Below are positions 29,437 through 39,721 of a stretch of 64,000 nucleotides of DNA, in pieces. Under the pieces are notes generated by a model. That model ran no database searches. It had not been told where the DNA came from and saw only the letters and a list, made by a program, of their open reading frames with translations. The position numbers and the translations under genes are program-made. Numbering within the stretch: position 1 is the stretch's first letter; each line of letters starts with the position of its first letter. Source of the DNA: an uncultured Eubacteriales bacterium (GTDB lineage Bacteria > Bacillota > Clostridia > Oscillospirales > Oscillospiraceae); assembly GCA_934597725.1 (NCBI GenBank), contig CAKTSK010000005.1, forward strand, positions 21,111-85,110, in the 5' to 3' direction.

Positions 29437-29979
29437 TCAGTCCTGATCGACGATGATGCCGTAGCCGCCGTCGTTGCGCTTATAGACCACGGAGAAGGCG
29501 CCGCCCTCGTCGTCGTTGCGGAAGGCGAAGAAGGTGTGGTCCACCAGATTCATCTGGAGAATGGCTTCCTCCACGCTCATGGGGCGGAAGAAGAAGCGCT
29601 TGGTGCGTACCAGCTGGTAGGCGGCCTCATCCTCGTCCTCCTCGGGAACAAAGTAGCCCTCGTCGGGCAGGGCCTCGAAGGCCTCCTTACGCAGGCGCTT
29701 TTCCAGGCGGGACTTGTTCTTGCGAAGCTGGCGCTCGATGGACGCCACGGCAGCGTCAACGGAGACAAACATATCGGAGGTGCTCTCGGCCACGCGGATG
29801 ACGGTGGCGCCGGAACGGATGGTGACCTCTAAGATATTCCGTCCTTTCTCTACGCTGAAAACAACGGAGGCCTCGGGTTCACTCTGGAAATACCGCTCCA
29901 GCTTGCCGATCTTCTTCTCCGCATAGGTATGCACACGATTGGGAATGTTCACTTTCTTGTCGGTAAAGGTGAATTTCAT
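29437..29979 (-). CDS. hpf: Ribosome hibernation promoting factor, long form (copy 2)
   Basis: MKFTFTDKKVNIPN...; same two-domain architecture as copy 1 (~55-60% identity). Confidence 0.85.
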   Translation of the reverse strand: MKFTFTDKKVNIPNRVHTYAEKKIGKLERYFQSEPEASVVFSVEKGRNILEVTIRSGATVIRVAESTSDMFVSVDAAVASIERQLRKNKSRLEKRLRKEAFEALPDEGYFVPEEDEDEAAYQLVRTKRFFFRPMSVEEAILQMNLVDHTFFAFRNDDEGGAFSVVYKRNDGGYGIIVDQD

Positions 29980-30320
29980 GAATGTCAGCTCCTTTCGTAG
30001 GGGCAAGGAGGGGAAGGCTCCCCTTCCTTACGTTCATAGTATACCATACCTTCCCAGAAAAGTCACGTTGTTTTTGTGAAAAATAGAAAAAATCTCTTCC
30101 CCCATCCCCCTGTCTCCCCGGCGGAGACAAAAAGAGACAAAAGGCCCCCCTTGACCTTTTCCAGAAAATGGGATACCATAGTCCTGGCGGCAGGCGCTGT
30201 CCGTCATGACATCGTTCATTCCATTCTCCTGCTTTCGCGCTTCCTCTTTTGAGGAGGCGCTTTTTTTGCCCCAAGGCACAAAAACACCACCCCGGCCGGA
30301 GCCGGGGTGGTGGCAGGTTC

Positions 30321-30800
30321 TCAGCGGTGGCCGCTGCGGCGGGAGCCGCGCTTATCGGTCATCTTCAGGTCGGACAGGCGGCTGTCGGAGGCCTGCATGA
30401 ACTGCTTCAGGCGGGCCTCAAAGTCTGCCGGGCCGGCCTGCTGGCTGGCAGCCCGGGGCTGGCCGCTGTGGTAGCCGCCGCCGGTGCGGGCATGGCTGCG
30501 GCCGCCGCCCCGGAAGTCGGAGCGGGGCGCACGGTCCCGGCCGGCGTTCTGAGGACGAGGAGGAGAGGGGGTGGCTTTCTTGATGGACAGGTTGATCCGA
30601 CCGACCTCGTCGATGCCGACTACCTTGACCTTCACGGTCTGGCCCTCGGTCAGAAAATCGCTGACGTTGGCCACATAGGAGTGGGCGATCTCAGAGATGT
30701 GGACCAGACCCGACCGTCCCCCGGGCAAAGAGACGAATGCGCCGAATTTGGTGATACTTTTGATGGTTCCTTCCAGGACTGCGCCTACACTGATTTCCAT
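30321..30800 (-). CDS. yabR: S1 RNA-binding domain protein (YabR-like)
   Basis: S1 domain (GTIKSITKFGAFVSLPGGRSGLVHISEIA) plus Arg/Gly-rich tail; RBS GAGGAGG. Confidence 0.8.
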   Translation of the reverse strand: MEISVGAVLEGTIKSITKFGAFVSLPGGRSGLVHISEIAHSYVANVSDFLTEGQTVKVKVVGIDEVGRINLSIKKATPSPPRPQNAGRDRAPRSDFRGGGRSHARTGGGYHSGQPRAASQQAGPADFEARLKQFMQASDSRLSDLKMTDKRGSRRSGHR

Positions 30801-30861
30801 AGATGGTGAGAATCCTCCTCGTTAAAATAGGCTCATAACTGAGCAAAAAAGAGCGCCGCTC

Positions 30862-31140
30862 TTAGTCTGCAATGTGAAACACCCGGTCGTTTGGCCCCAC
30901 CAGGCCCAGCTTCTCCCGGGCCAGATCCTCCAGGAAGGAGGGGTCATGACGGTTTTCGATGGCGTTGGAAAGCTCGGTGTTTGTCTGGGTCTGTTCGCTG
31001 ACCTGTTGGGTCAGGCTCTCCACGTCGGCGTTGGCTGCGGCGATCTTCTGCCGCACGCCGATCAGCAGAAAGACCATGTATGCCAGCAGGACCAGAAAGA
31101 GGATCCTCATCAGAAGACCAGCCTTTTTGGAGCGAAACAT
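30862..31140 (-). CDS. divIC: Septum formation initiator (DivIC/FtsB family)
   Basis: TM segment then coiled coil (ESLTQQVSEQTQTNTELSNAIE); conserved yabQ-divIC-yabR order; start uncertain (31170/31140/31110). Confidence 0.6.
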   Translation of the reverse strand: MFRSKKAGLLMRILFLVLLAYMVFLLIGVRQKIAAANADVESLTQQVSEQTQTNTELSNAIENRHDPSFLEDLAREKLGLVGPNDRVFHIAD

Positions 31141-31654
31141 CAGCTGCCGCCTCCCTTTCTTGGTTTCCACGGCGCACTTCCGCCGGGGATCGTGTGCGTG
31201 GATGATATATTTTACTCCACACAGCGGAAAAAGAAAAGAACTTTTTCCATTTTTCCCGTCTCCGGTGAAAATATTTTATCAACGGAGCCGTGAGAACACG
31301 CATGATCCACCGCATGGGCCGCAGCGATCCTCCTGCCAGCCGGGCCAGCAGCCGCCAGACCGCCGCCAGGACCCGCCGGACCCAGGGGCTGGCCAGCCAG
31401 AAATACACCGCCGCGCCCAGCGCCAGGCACAGGGCGATATACAGCCGCACCCGGCCGCCGCCCAGGACGATGCCGCAGAAGAACAGGCAGCCCCAGGCCC
31501 CGGCCCAGAACAACAGATCCAGCGCCCCGCCCACCCACTGCCAGGGCAGCGCCAGACGCACCTGCCGCAGCAGGTCATACAGCAGCCCCACCCCCAGCCC
31601 CATGCTCAGGCACAGCAGCAGGGTGCGGAGCTGGTCCTGCAAGGAGACGCTCAT
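30944..31654 (-). CDS. yabQ: Spore cortex biosynthesis protein YabQ
   Basis: Multi-TM N-terminal domain; start overlaps the yabP stop; 3' end overlaps divIC by ~200 nt in another frame. Confidence 0.55.
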   Translation of the reverse strand: MSVSLQDQLRTLLLCLSMGLGVGLLYDLLRQVRLALPWQWVGGALDLLFWAGAWGCLFFCGIVLGGGRVRLYIALCLALGAAVYFWLASPWVRRVLAAVWRLLARLAGGSLRPMRWIMRVLTAPLIKYFHRRREKWKKFFSFSAVWSKIYHPRTRSPAEVRRGNQEREAAADVSLQKGWSSDEDPLSGPAGIHGLSADRRAAEDRRSQRRRGEPDPTGQRTDPDKHRAFQRHRKPS

Positions 31655-31944
31655 CCCCGCAGCAGCCGCCGCAGCAGGCCCTCCCGGGGCTCCTCTTCCT
31701 CCTCGTAGGTCAGGGCGTCCACCCGGCCCCGCACCAGCAGGTCGCCCCCGTCCAGACTGAGTTTCTCAATGTGCAGCTCCTCCCCCCGGATGTGCAGGCG
31801 GCCGTCCTCGGTGGCCATCACGATGGCGTTCTCGTCAAAGCTCTCCACGCCGGACACGCCGGACACGGTCAGGCGTTCCCGAGACACCAGGATGATCCGG
31901 TGGCCGGTCTGTTCCATGGGTTGGGTCCTCTCTTCAAAGGGCAT
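31651..31944 (-). CDS. yabP: Sporulation protein YabP
   Basis: 97 aa (HRIILVSRERLTVSGVSGVESFDENAIVMATEDGRLHIRGEELHIEKL), the YabP signature. Confidence 0.85.
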   Translation of the reverse strand: MPFEERTQPMEQTGHRIILVSRERLTVSGVSGVESFDENAIVMATEDGRLHIRGEELHIEKLSLDGGDLLVRGRVDALTYEEEEEPREGLLRRLLRG

Positions 31945-32079
31945 ACGATCCCATCCTTTCCCGTCGGTCTGATCTTGGGCTATGTATATGCCCCGCCCCC
32001 GCCGGGATAGAACACGTCCCCCGAACCTGGACAGGTCCGGGGGACGTGGGAGAGAAGGGACCCGTGGTCCCTCTTGGTG

Positions 32080-33631
<1,552 letters not shown>

Positions 33632-33644
33632 GTCTCTTGCCTCC

Positions 33645-35363
33645 TTAGTTCACCAGGAACTCGGTGATGTGGGTGCCGCCGTTGACCATGGGGCGCACCA
33701 GCTCGGTTTCCTCGATGTTGCAGTCGACCACATAGCCCAGGCCCTTCTCCTGCTCGGCCAGGGCCTCCTGGATGGCCTGCTCCAGCTCCTCCTGGGTGGT
33801 CACCCGGGCGCCCTTGAGGCCGTTGGCCTCGGCCAGCTTGACGAAGTCGGGGCCGCGCTCGGTGGTGGTCTGGCTGAAGCGGTTCTCGTAGATCAGCTCC
33901 TGCCACTGGCGGACCATGCCCAGGCGGTGGTTGTTGAAGACGAAGGTGATGACGGGGGCCTTGTAGAACTCCTCGGTGGACAGCTCGTTGCTGTTCATGC
34001 GGAAGCAGCCGTCGCCGGCGATGTGGATGACCGTCTTCTCGGGGTTGCCCAGCTTGGCGCCGATGGCGGCCCCCAGGCCGAAGCCCATGGTGCCGAAGCC
34101 GCCGGAGGTGAGCAGCTGGCCGGGATAGTCAAAGTGGAAGTGCTGGATGGCCCACATCTGGTGCTGGCCCACGTCGGTGGAGACGATGGAGTCGTCGGGA
34201 CACAGGCGGGCGATGGTGTTCAGGATCTGCTTGGGGGTCAGGCGGTTGGGGTTCTCGTCGTAAGCGGTCTCGGTGGGGAAGGAGAAGACATACTTCTTCC
34301 ACTCGCTGTGGTCATACTGGGGGACCTTCCGGTTGAGCAGCTCCAGCACCTGACGGGCGTTGCCGATGATGTGGTGGTCGGTCTCCACGTTCTTGTTGAT
34401 CTCTGCCCGGTCGATGTCGATCTGGACGATCTTGGCCTGGCGGGCAAAGGTGGCGGGCTTCAGGGCCACCCGGTCGGAGAAGCGGCAGCCCACGGCGATG
34501 AGCAGGTCACAGCCGTCGCAGGCCATGTTGGAGGCCTTGGAGCCGTGCATACCGATCATGCCCGTGGCCAGGGGGTCCCGGCCGGAGATGCCGCCGCCGC
34601 CCATGAGGGTGATGGCCACCGGCGCGTCCAGCCGGCGGGCGAACTCCCGGAACTCCTCGTGGGAGCGGCTGCGGACCACGCCGCCGCCGCAGATGAGCAT
34701 GGGCTTTTTGGACACGGCGATCATGTCCACCAGCTTGTTCACGTCCTCCTGGTTGGGCTCGGGCATCTTCAGGCTGCTGGTGCGGGCCCGGCGGACCAGG
34801 TTGGCCAGGCGGCCGGAGGTGATGTGCTTCTCCCGGGGCAGGTATTCATAGTCGGCCTTTTCGGCGGTGACGTTCTTGACGATGTCGATGAGCACCGGGC
34901 CGGGGCGGCCGCTGCGGGCGATGGCGAAGGCCTCGCGGACGGTGTCAGCCAGGGTGTTCACGTCCCGGACCAGGTAGGTACACTTGGTGATGGGCATTGC
35001 GATGCCGGTGATGTCCACCTCCTGGAAGGCGTCCCGGCCGATGAGGTTCTGGGTCACGTTGCAGGTGATGAACACCACGGGGGACGAGTCCATGTAAGCG
35101 GTGGCGATGCCGGTGGTCAGGTTGGTGGCGCCGGGGCCGGAGGTGGCCAGACAGACCCCCACCCGGCCGGTGGAGCGGGCATAGCCGTCGGCAGCGTGGG
35201 ACGCGCCCTGCTCGTGGGCGGTGAGGATGTGGGTGATCCGGTCGCGGTAACGATACAACTCATCATAGACATTCAGGATGGTGCCGCCGGGGTAGCCGAA
35301 CACCAGGTCGACGCCCTGTTCCAGCAGGCATTCCATCAAGATCTTGGCACCTGTCATTTCCAT
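33645..35363 (-). CDS. ilvB: Acetolactate synthase large subunit
   Basis: TPP-enzyme N-, M- and C-domains (GYPGGTIL, GPGATN, IAGDGCF); RBS GAAGGAGG. Confidence 0.9.
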   Translation of the reverse strand: MEMTGAKILMECLLEQGVDLVFGYPGGTILNVYDELYRYRDRITHILTAHEQGASHAADGYARSTGRVGVCLATSGPGATNLTTGIATAYMDSSPVVFITCNVTQNLIGRDAFQEVDITGIAMPITKCTYLVRDVNTLADTVREAFAIARSGRPGPVLIDIVKNVTAEKADYEYLPREKHITSGRLANLVRRARTSSLKMPEPNQEDVNKLVDMIAVSKKPMLICGGGVVRSRSHEEFREFARRLDAPVAITLMGGGGISGRDPLATGMIGMHGSKASNMACDGCDLLIAVGCRFSDRVALKPATFARQAKIVQIDIDRAEINKNVETDHHIIGNARQVLELLNRKVPQYDHSEWKKYVFSFPTETAYDENPNRLTPKQILNTIARLCPDDSIVSTDVGQHQMWAIQHFHFDYPGQLLTSGGFGTMGFGLGAAIGAKLGNPEKTVIHIAGDGCFRMNSNELSTEEFYKAPVITFVFNNHRLGMVRQWQELIYENRFSQTTTERGPDFVKLAEANGLKGARVTTQEELEQAIQEALAEQEKGLGYVVDCNIEETELVRPMVNGGTHITEFLVN

Positions 35364-35403
35364 ACGGGTTCCTCCTTCTTTCTCGGGTCTCTTTTTTCCT
35401 TCG

Positions 35404-35453
35404 GGAAAACAAAAAAGCCCTGTGGTCTTTTACGTGCCAAACGTTAAAACCAC
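35404..35453 (-). terminator. Candidate attenuator/terminator hairpin in the ilvB leader
   Basis: Minus strand GUGGUUUU-loop-AAAAGACCAC, then AGGGCUUUUUUGUUUUCC; ~40 nt upstream of the ilvB RBS. Confidence 0.4.
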
Positions 35454-35516
35454 AAGAGCCTGTCAGTTCTCCGCAAATTTACTTTACCAAGGGCCGCCGC
35501 AAGGGGCCTGCGCCGC

Positions 35517-35654
35517 TCAGCCTTGAAAATCATTTGCGCTTCGCTTCCCTGTTCTGGACATAACATTTAGCATTATTTCTGGTACTACTACAGCGAGTAG
35601 TACCCCAATAATGCTGACAGCCAGAATGTGCAGTTCCACGAAAAACAGATTCAT
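35517..35654 (-). CDS. Candidate ilv leader peptide (45 aa, Ile/Leu/Val-rich)
   Basis: MNLFFVELHILAVSIIGVLLAVVVPEIMLNVM...: 17 of the first 32 residues are I/L/V; RBS GTGAGG 8 nt upstream; overlaps a long imperfect palindrome at 35571-35611. Confidence 0.35.
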   Translation of the reverse strand: MNLFFVELHILAVSIIGVLLAVVVPEIMLNVMSRTGKRSANDFQG

Positions 35655-35708
35655 GTTCAATGCCTCACTACGGTGCCTCGTTGGGGGGTGTATCCTTTGT
35701 TGCCTCCA

Positions 35709-35737
35709 ACGATAGCACTTCCCTTCTGGTCTGTCAA
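35709..35737 (-). promoter_or_regulatory. Promoter of the ilv leader transcript
   Basis: Minus strand TTGACA-17-TATCGT. Confidence 0.45.
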
Positions 35738-35817
35738 TCATTTTTTTCAAATTTTCCGCACTTATTTTTCCCGCGCGCCGCTTCCTCTCTTTTTTTGTCA
35801 ACCTTACAGTTTCTGCT

Positions 35818-36732
35818 TCACCAGTTTGTCTCGATTTCCCGGATCTTCTCCTGCAGGGCTTCGTTCACCGGCGTCTGCATCCCATACTGCTGGGCCAGCC
35901 GGCACACGGCGCCGGCGAACAGCTCCACCTCGCTGGGCCGGTGGGCCAGGCTGTCCTGCCGCATGGAGGGCATGGCCTTGGGGTCCAGGCCGTCCAGCAC
36001 CGCCAGATAGTCCTGCAGGTCCTTCCGGGTCACCAGGACCCCCTGGCAGGCGCCCACCTTCCGGGCCTCGTCCATGGCCGCGATCATGGTCTCCCGGGCC
36101 TGTCCGGGGGCCTGTACGCCGCCGTAGTCGCAGTCATAGGCCATACAAACCTGATTAACGCCGACGTTAAGCATAAACTTGCACCACATCCGGTGCAAAA
36201 TATCCGCTTCCTTCTCCACTGTCACGCCGGCGTCCCGGAAGAGCGTGTAAACCGCTTCCAGCTTTTCTCCCCGGTCGAAGTAGTCCTCCTCGGGCAGACC
36301 CAGAAAGAGGACGCCCTGGTTGGTGTAGGTCAGGCTGGTCCTCTGGCGCACAGCGTCCATGCCCTGGGCCACGCTGTAAAGCACTTTTTCCGGGCCGAAC
36401 CTCAGGCTGAGAAGCTCCTCGCTGCTCACGCCGTTGAGGACGGACAGGATCACCGTGTCCTCTCCCACACAGGGCGCGGCCTCGTCCATGGCCTGCTCCA
36501 GATCTGTTCCCTTGACAGCAAACAGGAGCAGGTCGGCCGGGCCGTCGCTGCCGTCGGTAAAGCGGAACGGGCAGGGTTCCCCGTTGCAGAGGACCTCTGC
36601 CTGACGGTACCGCGCCAGCCGCTCTCCTGCGGCCAGGAAGCGGACCCGGTCCGCGCCCAGATGCCGGGACAGGGCGTTGCCGTAGAGGATGCCCAGGGCG
36701 CCCATGCCTACTATGGTCACCGTTTCGATCAA
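35818..36732 (-). CDS. panE: 2-dehydropantoate 2-reductase (ketopantoate reductase)
   Basis: ApbA/PanE N-terminal Rossmann motif (IVGMGALG) and C-terminal domain; probable TTG start after AGGAAGGTGA. Confidence 0.75.
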   Translation of the reverse strand: MIETVTIVGMGALGILYGNALSRHLGADRVRFLAAGERLARYRQAEVLCNGEPCPFRFTDGSDGPADLLLFAVKGTDLEQAMDEAAPCVGEDTVILSVLNGVSSEELLSLRFGPEKVLYSVAQGMDAVRQRTSLTYTNQGVLFLGLPEEDYFDRGEKLEAVYTLFRDAGVTVEKEADILHRMWCKFMLNVGVNQVCMAYDCDYGGVQAPGQARETMIAAMDEARKVGACQGVLVTRKDLQDYLAVLDGLDPKAMPSMRQDSLAHRPSEVELFAGAVCRLAQQYGMQTPVNEALQEKIREIETNW

Positions 36733-37082
36733 ACTGATCACCTTCCTATGTTTTCCGCCGGCCCCGGGCCGCAGCCCGGCGGCACAGCGCAATGTCATCG
36801 TAGGCCGGACCACCGCCCGGCCAGGGATCTATCCCGTATTTTATCACAAAATCCCCCCTGGGAAAACTGGAAATCTGCCCCGATTTGCCCTTGAGGGCGT
36901 TGCATTTTCGTCGCCCCGTGCTATACTGGACCTGCCCCTTTCCGCCCTTTGGGCGGCAATAGGCTGTCATTTCTGGCATGTTCACAAATCTGCCGGGACC
37001 CTGGCCGGGACTTTTGTGGGTTCTTTCCCCTGCTTTCCGGCGGGACGCCCCCGTGTTCATTTTGACATCAGGAGGTTCTTTC

Positions 37083-38861
37083 ATGGCTCATCCTCTCCAG
37101 GCGCTCCGGGATGTGATGGCGGAGTATCACATCGACGCCTACCTCGTCCCCACCGCCGATTTTCACGGCAGCGAATCGGTGGGCCCTCACTTTGCCTGCC
37201 GGGAATATGTCTCCGGCTTCACCGGCTCGGCCGGGACCCTGCTGGTCTTTGCCAACTGGGCCGGCCTGTGGACCGACGGCCGGTATTTTCTCCAGGCCGA
37301 AGAACAGCTGCGCGGCTCGGACATCCGCCTGATGAAGCAGGGCCAGCCCGGGGTGCCCACCATCGAGGCGTTTCTCCGAAAAAGCCTTCAGCCGGAGCAG
37401 ACCCTGGGCTTTGACGGCCGCTGCGTCGATGCCCGCACCGGCCGCCGCTACCACCGTCTGGTGCGCCAGCTGGGGGCCAAGCTCAACCATCAGCTGGACC
37501 TGGTGGGCGAGATCTGGCCCCAGCGCCCGCCCCTCCCCGCCCGGCCCGCCTGGCTGCTGGACGAGTCCTACGCCGGAGTCAGCCGCCGGGAAAAGCTAGC
37601 CGACCTGCGGGCCGTGCTGGCCGCCGAGGGCAGCGACGTACTGCTGCTGACGGGCCTGGAGGACATTGCCTGGCTGCTGAACCTGCGGGGCAGCGACCTG
37701 CCCACCACCCCGGTGGTGCTGAGCAACCTGGCCCTGACCCGGGATGCCTGCACCCTGTTTGCCCAGGCCGCTTCCTTCCCCCCTGCCGTGCTGGCCGCGC
37801 TGGAGGCCGACGGGGTCACCCTGCGCCCCTATGAGGGCTTCTTCTCCTATACGGGCCGGCTGACCGCCGGACAGAAGGTCCGGCTGGACACCCGCCGGGT
37901 GAGCACCTCCCTGCTCACCAGCATCCCCTCGGAGGTGAAGGTCCTGGACCGGCCCGATCCCACCGAGCTGCGCCGGGCGGTCAAGAACCCCACCGAGATC
38001 GAAAACCTGCGCCAGGCCCATCTGGCCGACGGCATCGCCCTGACCCGCTTCCACTACTGGCTCAAGCACCGGCCGGCGGACCGGGTCATCACGGAGCTGT
38101 CCGCCGCCGCCCGCCTGGAAGCCCTGCGCCAGGAGCAGCCCCACTATCTCCAGCCCAGCTTCGATCCCATCCTGGCCGCCGGAGACCACAGCGCCATCGT
38201 CCACTACTCCCCCACCCCTGCTACCGACCGCCCCCTGGGCACAGAGGGCTTCCTGCTGGCCGACACCGGGGGGCACTACCACACCGGCACCACCGACTGC
38301 ACCCGGACCTATGCCCTCGGCCCCCTCACCCAGGAGCAAAAGACCCATTACACCGCCGTCCTCCGGGGCAACCTGGCCCTGGCCAACGTCACCTTCCCCG
38401 CCGGCTGTCCCGGCAGCAGCCTGGACCTGGCCGCCCGCCAGCCCCTCTGGGACCTGGGGCTGGACTTCAACCACGGCACCGGCCACGGGGTGGGGTACCT
38501 GCTCAACGTCCACGAGGGACCCCAGCGCATCCACTGGCGGCCCAACGGCCCCCAGACGCCCCTGTCCCCGGGCATGGTCACCTCGGACGAGCCGGGGCTG
38601 TACTTTGACGGCGCTTACGGCATCCGCCTGGAAAACCTGCTGCTGTGCGTGGAAAAGACCTCCACGCCCTTCGGCCGCTTCCTGGGCTTTGAGACCCTCA
38701 CCCTCACCCCCTTTGACCGGGAGGCCCTCTGCCCCGAGCAGCTCAGCGCCCGGGAGCGCACCTGGCTCAACGACTACCACGCCCAGGTCTGCGCCGCCGT
38801 GGCCCCCCATCTGCCGGCGGAAGAAGCCGCCTGGCTGGAAGAGGTCACCCGTCCCATCTGA
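37083..38861 (+). CDS. Xaa-Pro aminopeptidase (M24B, aminopeptidase P family)
   Basis: Creatinase-like N-terminal domains plus M24 catalytic domain (HGTGHGVGYLLNVHEGP); RBS AGGAGG. Confidence 0.85.
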   Translation: MAHPLQALRDVMAEYHIDAYLVPTADFHGSESVGPHFACREYVSGFTGSAGTLLVFANWAGLWTDGRYFLQAEEQLRGSDIRLMKQGQPGVPTIEAFLRKSLQPEQTLGFDGRCVDARTGRRYHRLVRQLGAKLNHQLDLVGEIWPQRPPLPARPAWLLDESYAGVSRREKLADLRAVLAAEGSDVLLLTGLEDIAWLLNLRGSDLPTTPVVLSNLALTRDACTLFAQAASFPPAVLAALEADGVTLRPYEGFFSYTGRLTAGQKVRLDTRRVSTSLLTSIPSEVKVLDRPDPTELRRAVKNPTEIENLRQAHLADGIALTRFHYWLKHRPADRVITELSAAARLEALRQEQPHYLQPSFDPILAAGDHSAIVHYSPTPATDRPLGTEGFLLADTGGHYHTGTTDCTRTYALGPLTQEQKTHYTAVLRGNLALANVTFPAGCPGSSLDLAARQPLWDLGLDFNHGTGHGVGYLLNVHEGPQRIHWRPNGPQTPLSPGMVTSDEPGLYFDGAYGIRLENLLLCVEKTSTPFGRFLGFETLTLTPFDREALCPEQLSARERTWLNDYHAQVCAAVAPHLPAEEAAWLEEVTRPI

Positions 38862-38888
38862 TCGTTTCTGTTGAAAGGAGGTCCTGTC

Positions 38889-39593
38889 ATGTCTCCCACT
38901 TCCACCACGCCCCCCACCGCGCCGCCCGACCACCGGCAGAGCACGCCCTCCCGGGGCGGCAAGCGCGTCGCCCGACGCAGACCCCCGCGGCGGCGGCCCC
39001 CTTCCCTGGCCCGGCTGCTGCCCATCCTGATCCCCATTCTGGCCCTGGTGGTCATTCTCGGGATCGTGGTGAATCTCACCGGCGGCAGCCAGATGGACAA
39101 GCTGGCCCGGAACCGGGTCCCCCTCTGGGTGGACAAGCAGATCATCGACATCAACGGCACCGGCCGCCGGGGCGAAAAGCTCAGCGGCGTCACCGACATC
39201 GTCATCCACTATGTGGGCAACCCCGGCACCACCGCCCAGCAGAACCACGACTACTACGACCAGCCGGAGACCCCTGTGAGCTCCCACTTCGTCATCGGCC
39301 TGGAGGGCGAGGTGATCCAGTGCATCCCCATGGACGAAAAATCCTCGGCCAGCAACGAGCGCAACCTGGACACCCTGTCCATCGAGGTCTGCCACCCCGA
39401 CGAGACCGGGCAGTTCACCCCGGACACCTATGACCGCCTGGTGAAGCTCACCGCCTGGCTGTGCGACTACTGCGACATCGGCCGGGACCGGGTCATCCGC
39501 CACTATGACATCACCGGCAAGGAATGCCCCCTGTATTTTGTAAAGCATCCCGACGCCTGGACCCAGTTCCTCACCGACGTGCAGGACCAATAA
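38889..39593 (+). CDS. N-acetylmuramoyl-L-alanine amidase (Amidase_2/PGRP fold), membrane anchored
   Basis: Arg/Pro-rich cytoplasmic tail, TM segment, then amidase_2 domain (IVIHYVGNPGTTAQQNHDYY...ECP). Confidence 0.8.
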   Translation: MSPTSTTPPTAPPDHRQSTPSRGGKRVARRRPPRRRPPSLARLLPILIPILALVVILGIVVNLTGGSQMDKLARNRVPLWVDKQIIDINGTGRRGEKLSGVTDIVIHYVGNPGTTAQQNHDYYDQPETPVSSHFVIGLEGEVIQCIPMDEKSSASNERNLDTLSIEVCHPDETGQFTPDTYDRLVKLTAWLCDYCDIGRDRVIRHYDITGKECPLYFVKHPDAWTQFLTDVQDQ

Positions 39594-39721
39594 CAAGCAA
39601 GACCGCCTCTCTCCGGCGCCCTTTCGGGGCCGGAGAGAGGCGGTCTTTTGCGGAAGGATGCCCCGGGACAGCAGGAGAGTCTGTCCCGGGGCGAAGAAAG
39701 GGGAACAGCAGGCCCGGCGGC

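Noticed and set aside
35364-35817. T-box riboswitch upstream of ilvB
   Set aside because: Expected for Firmicutes ilv operons, but I found no T-box consensus (AAUUAGGGUGGNACCGCG) and no specifier-loop architecture on the minus strand; a leader-peptide attenuator fits better. Needs a covariance-model check.
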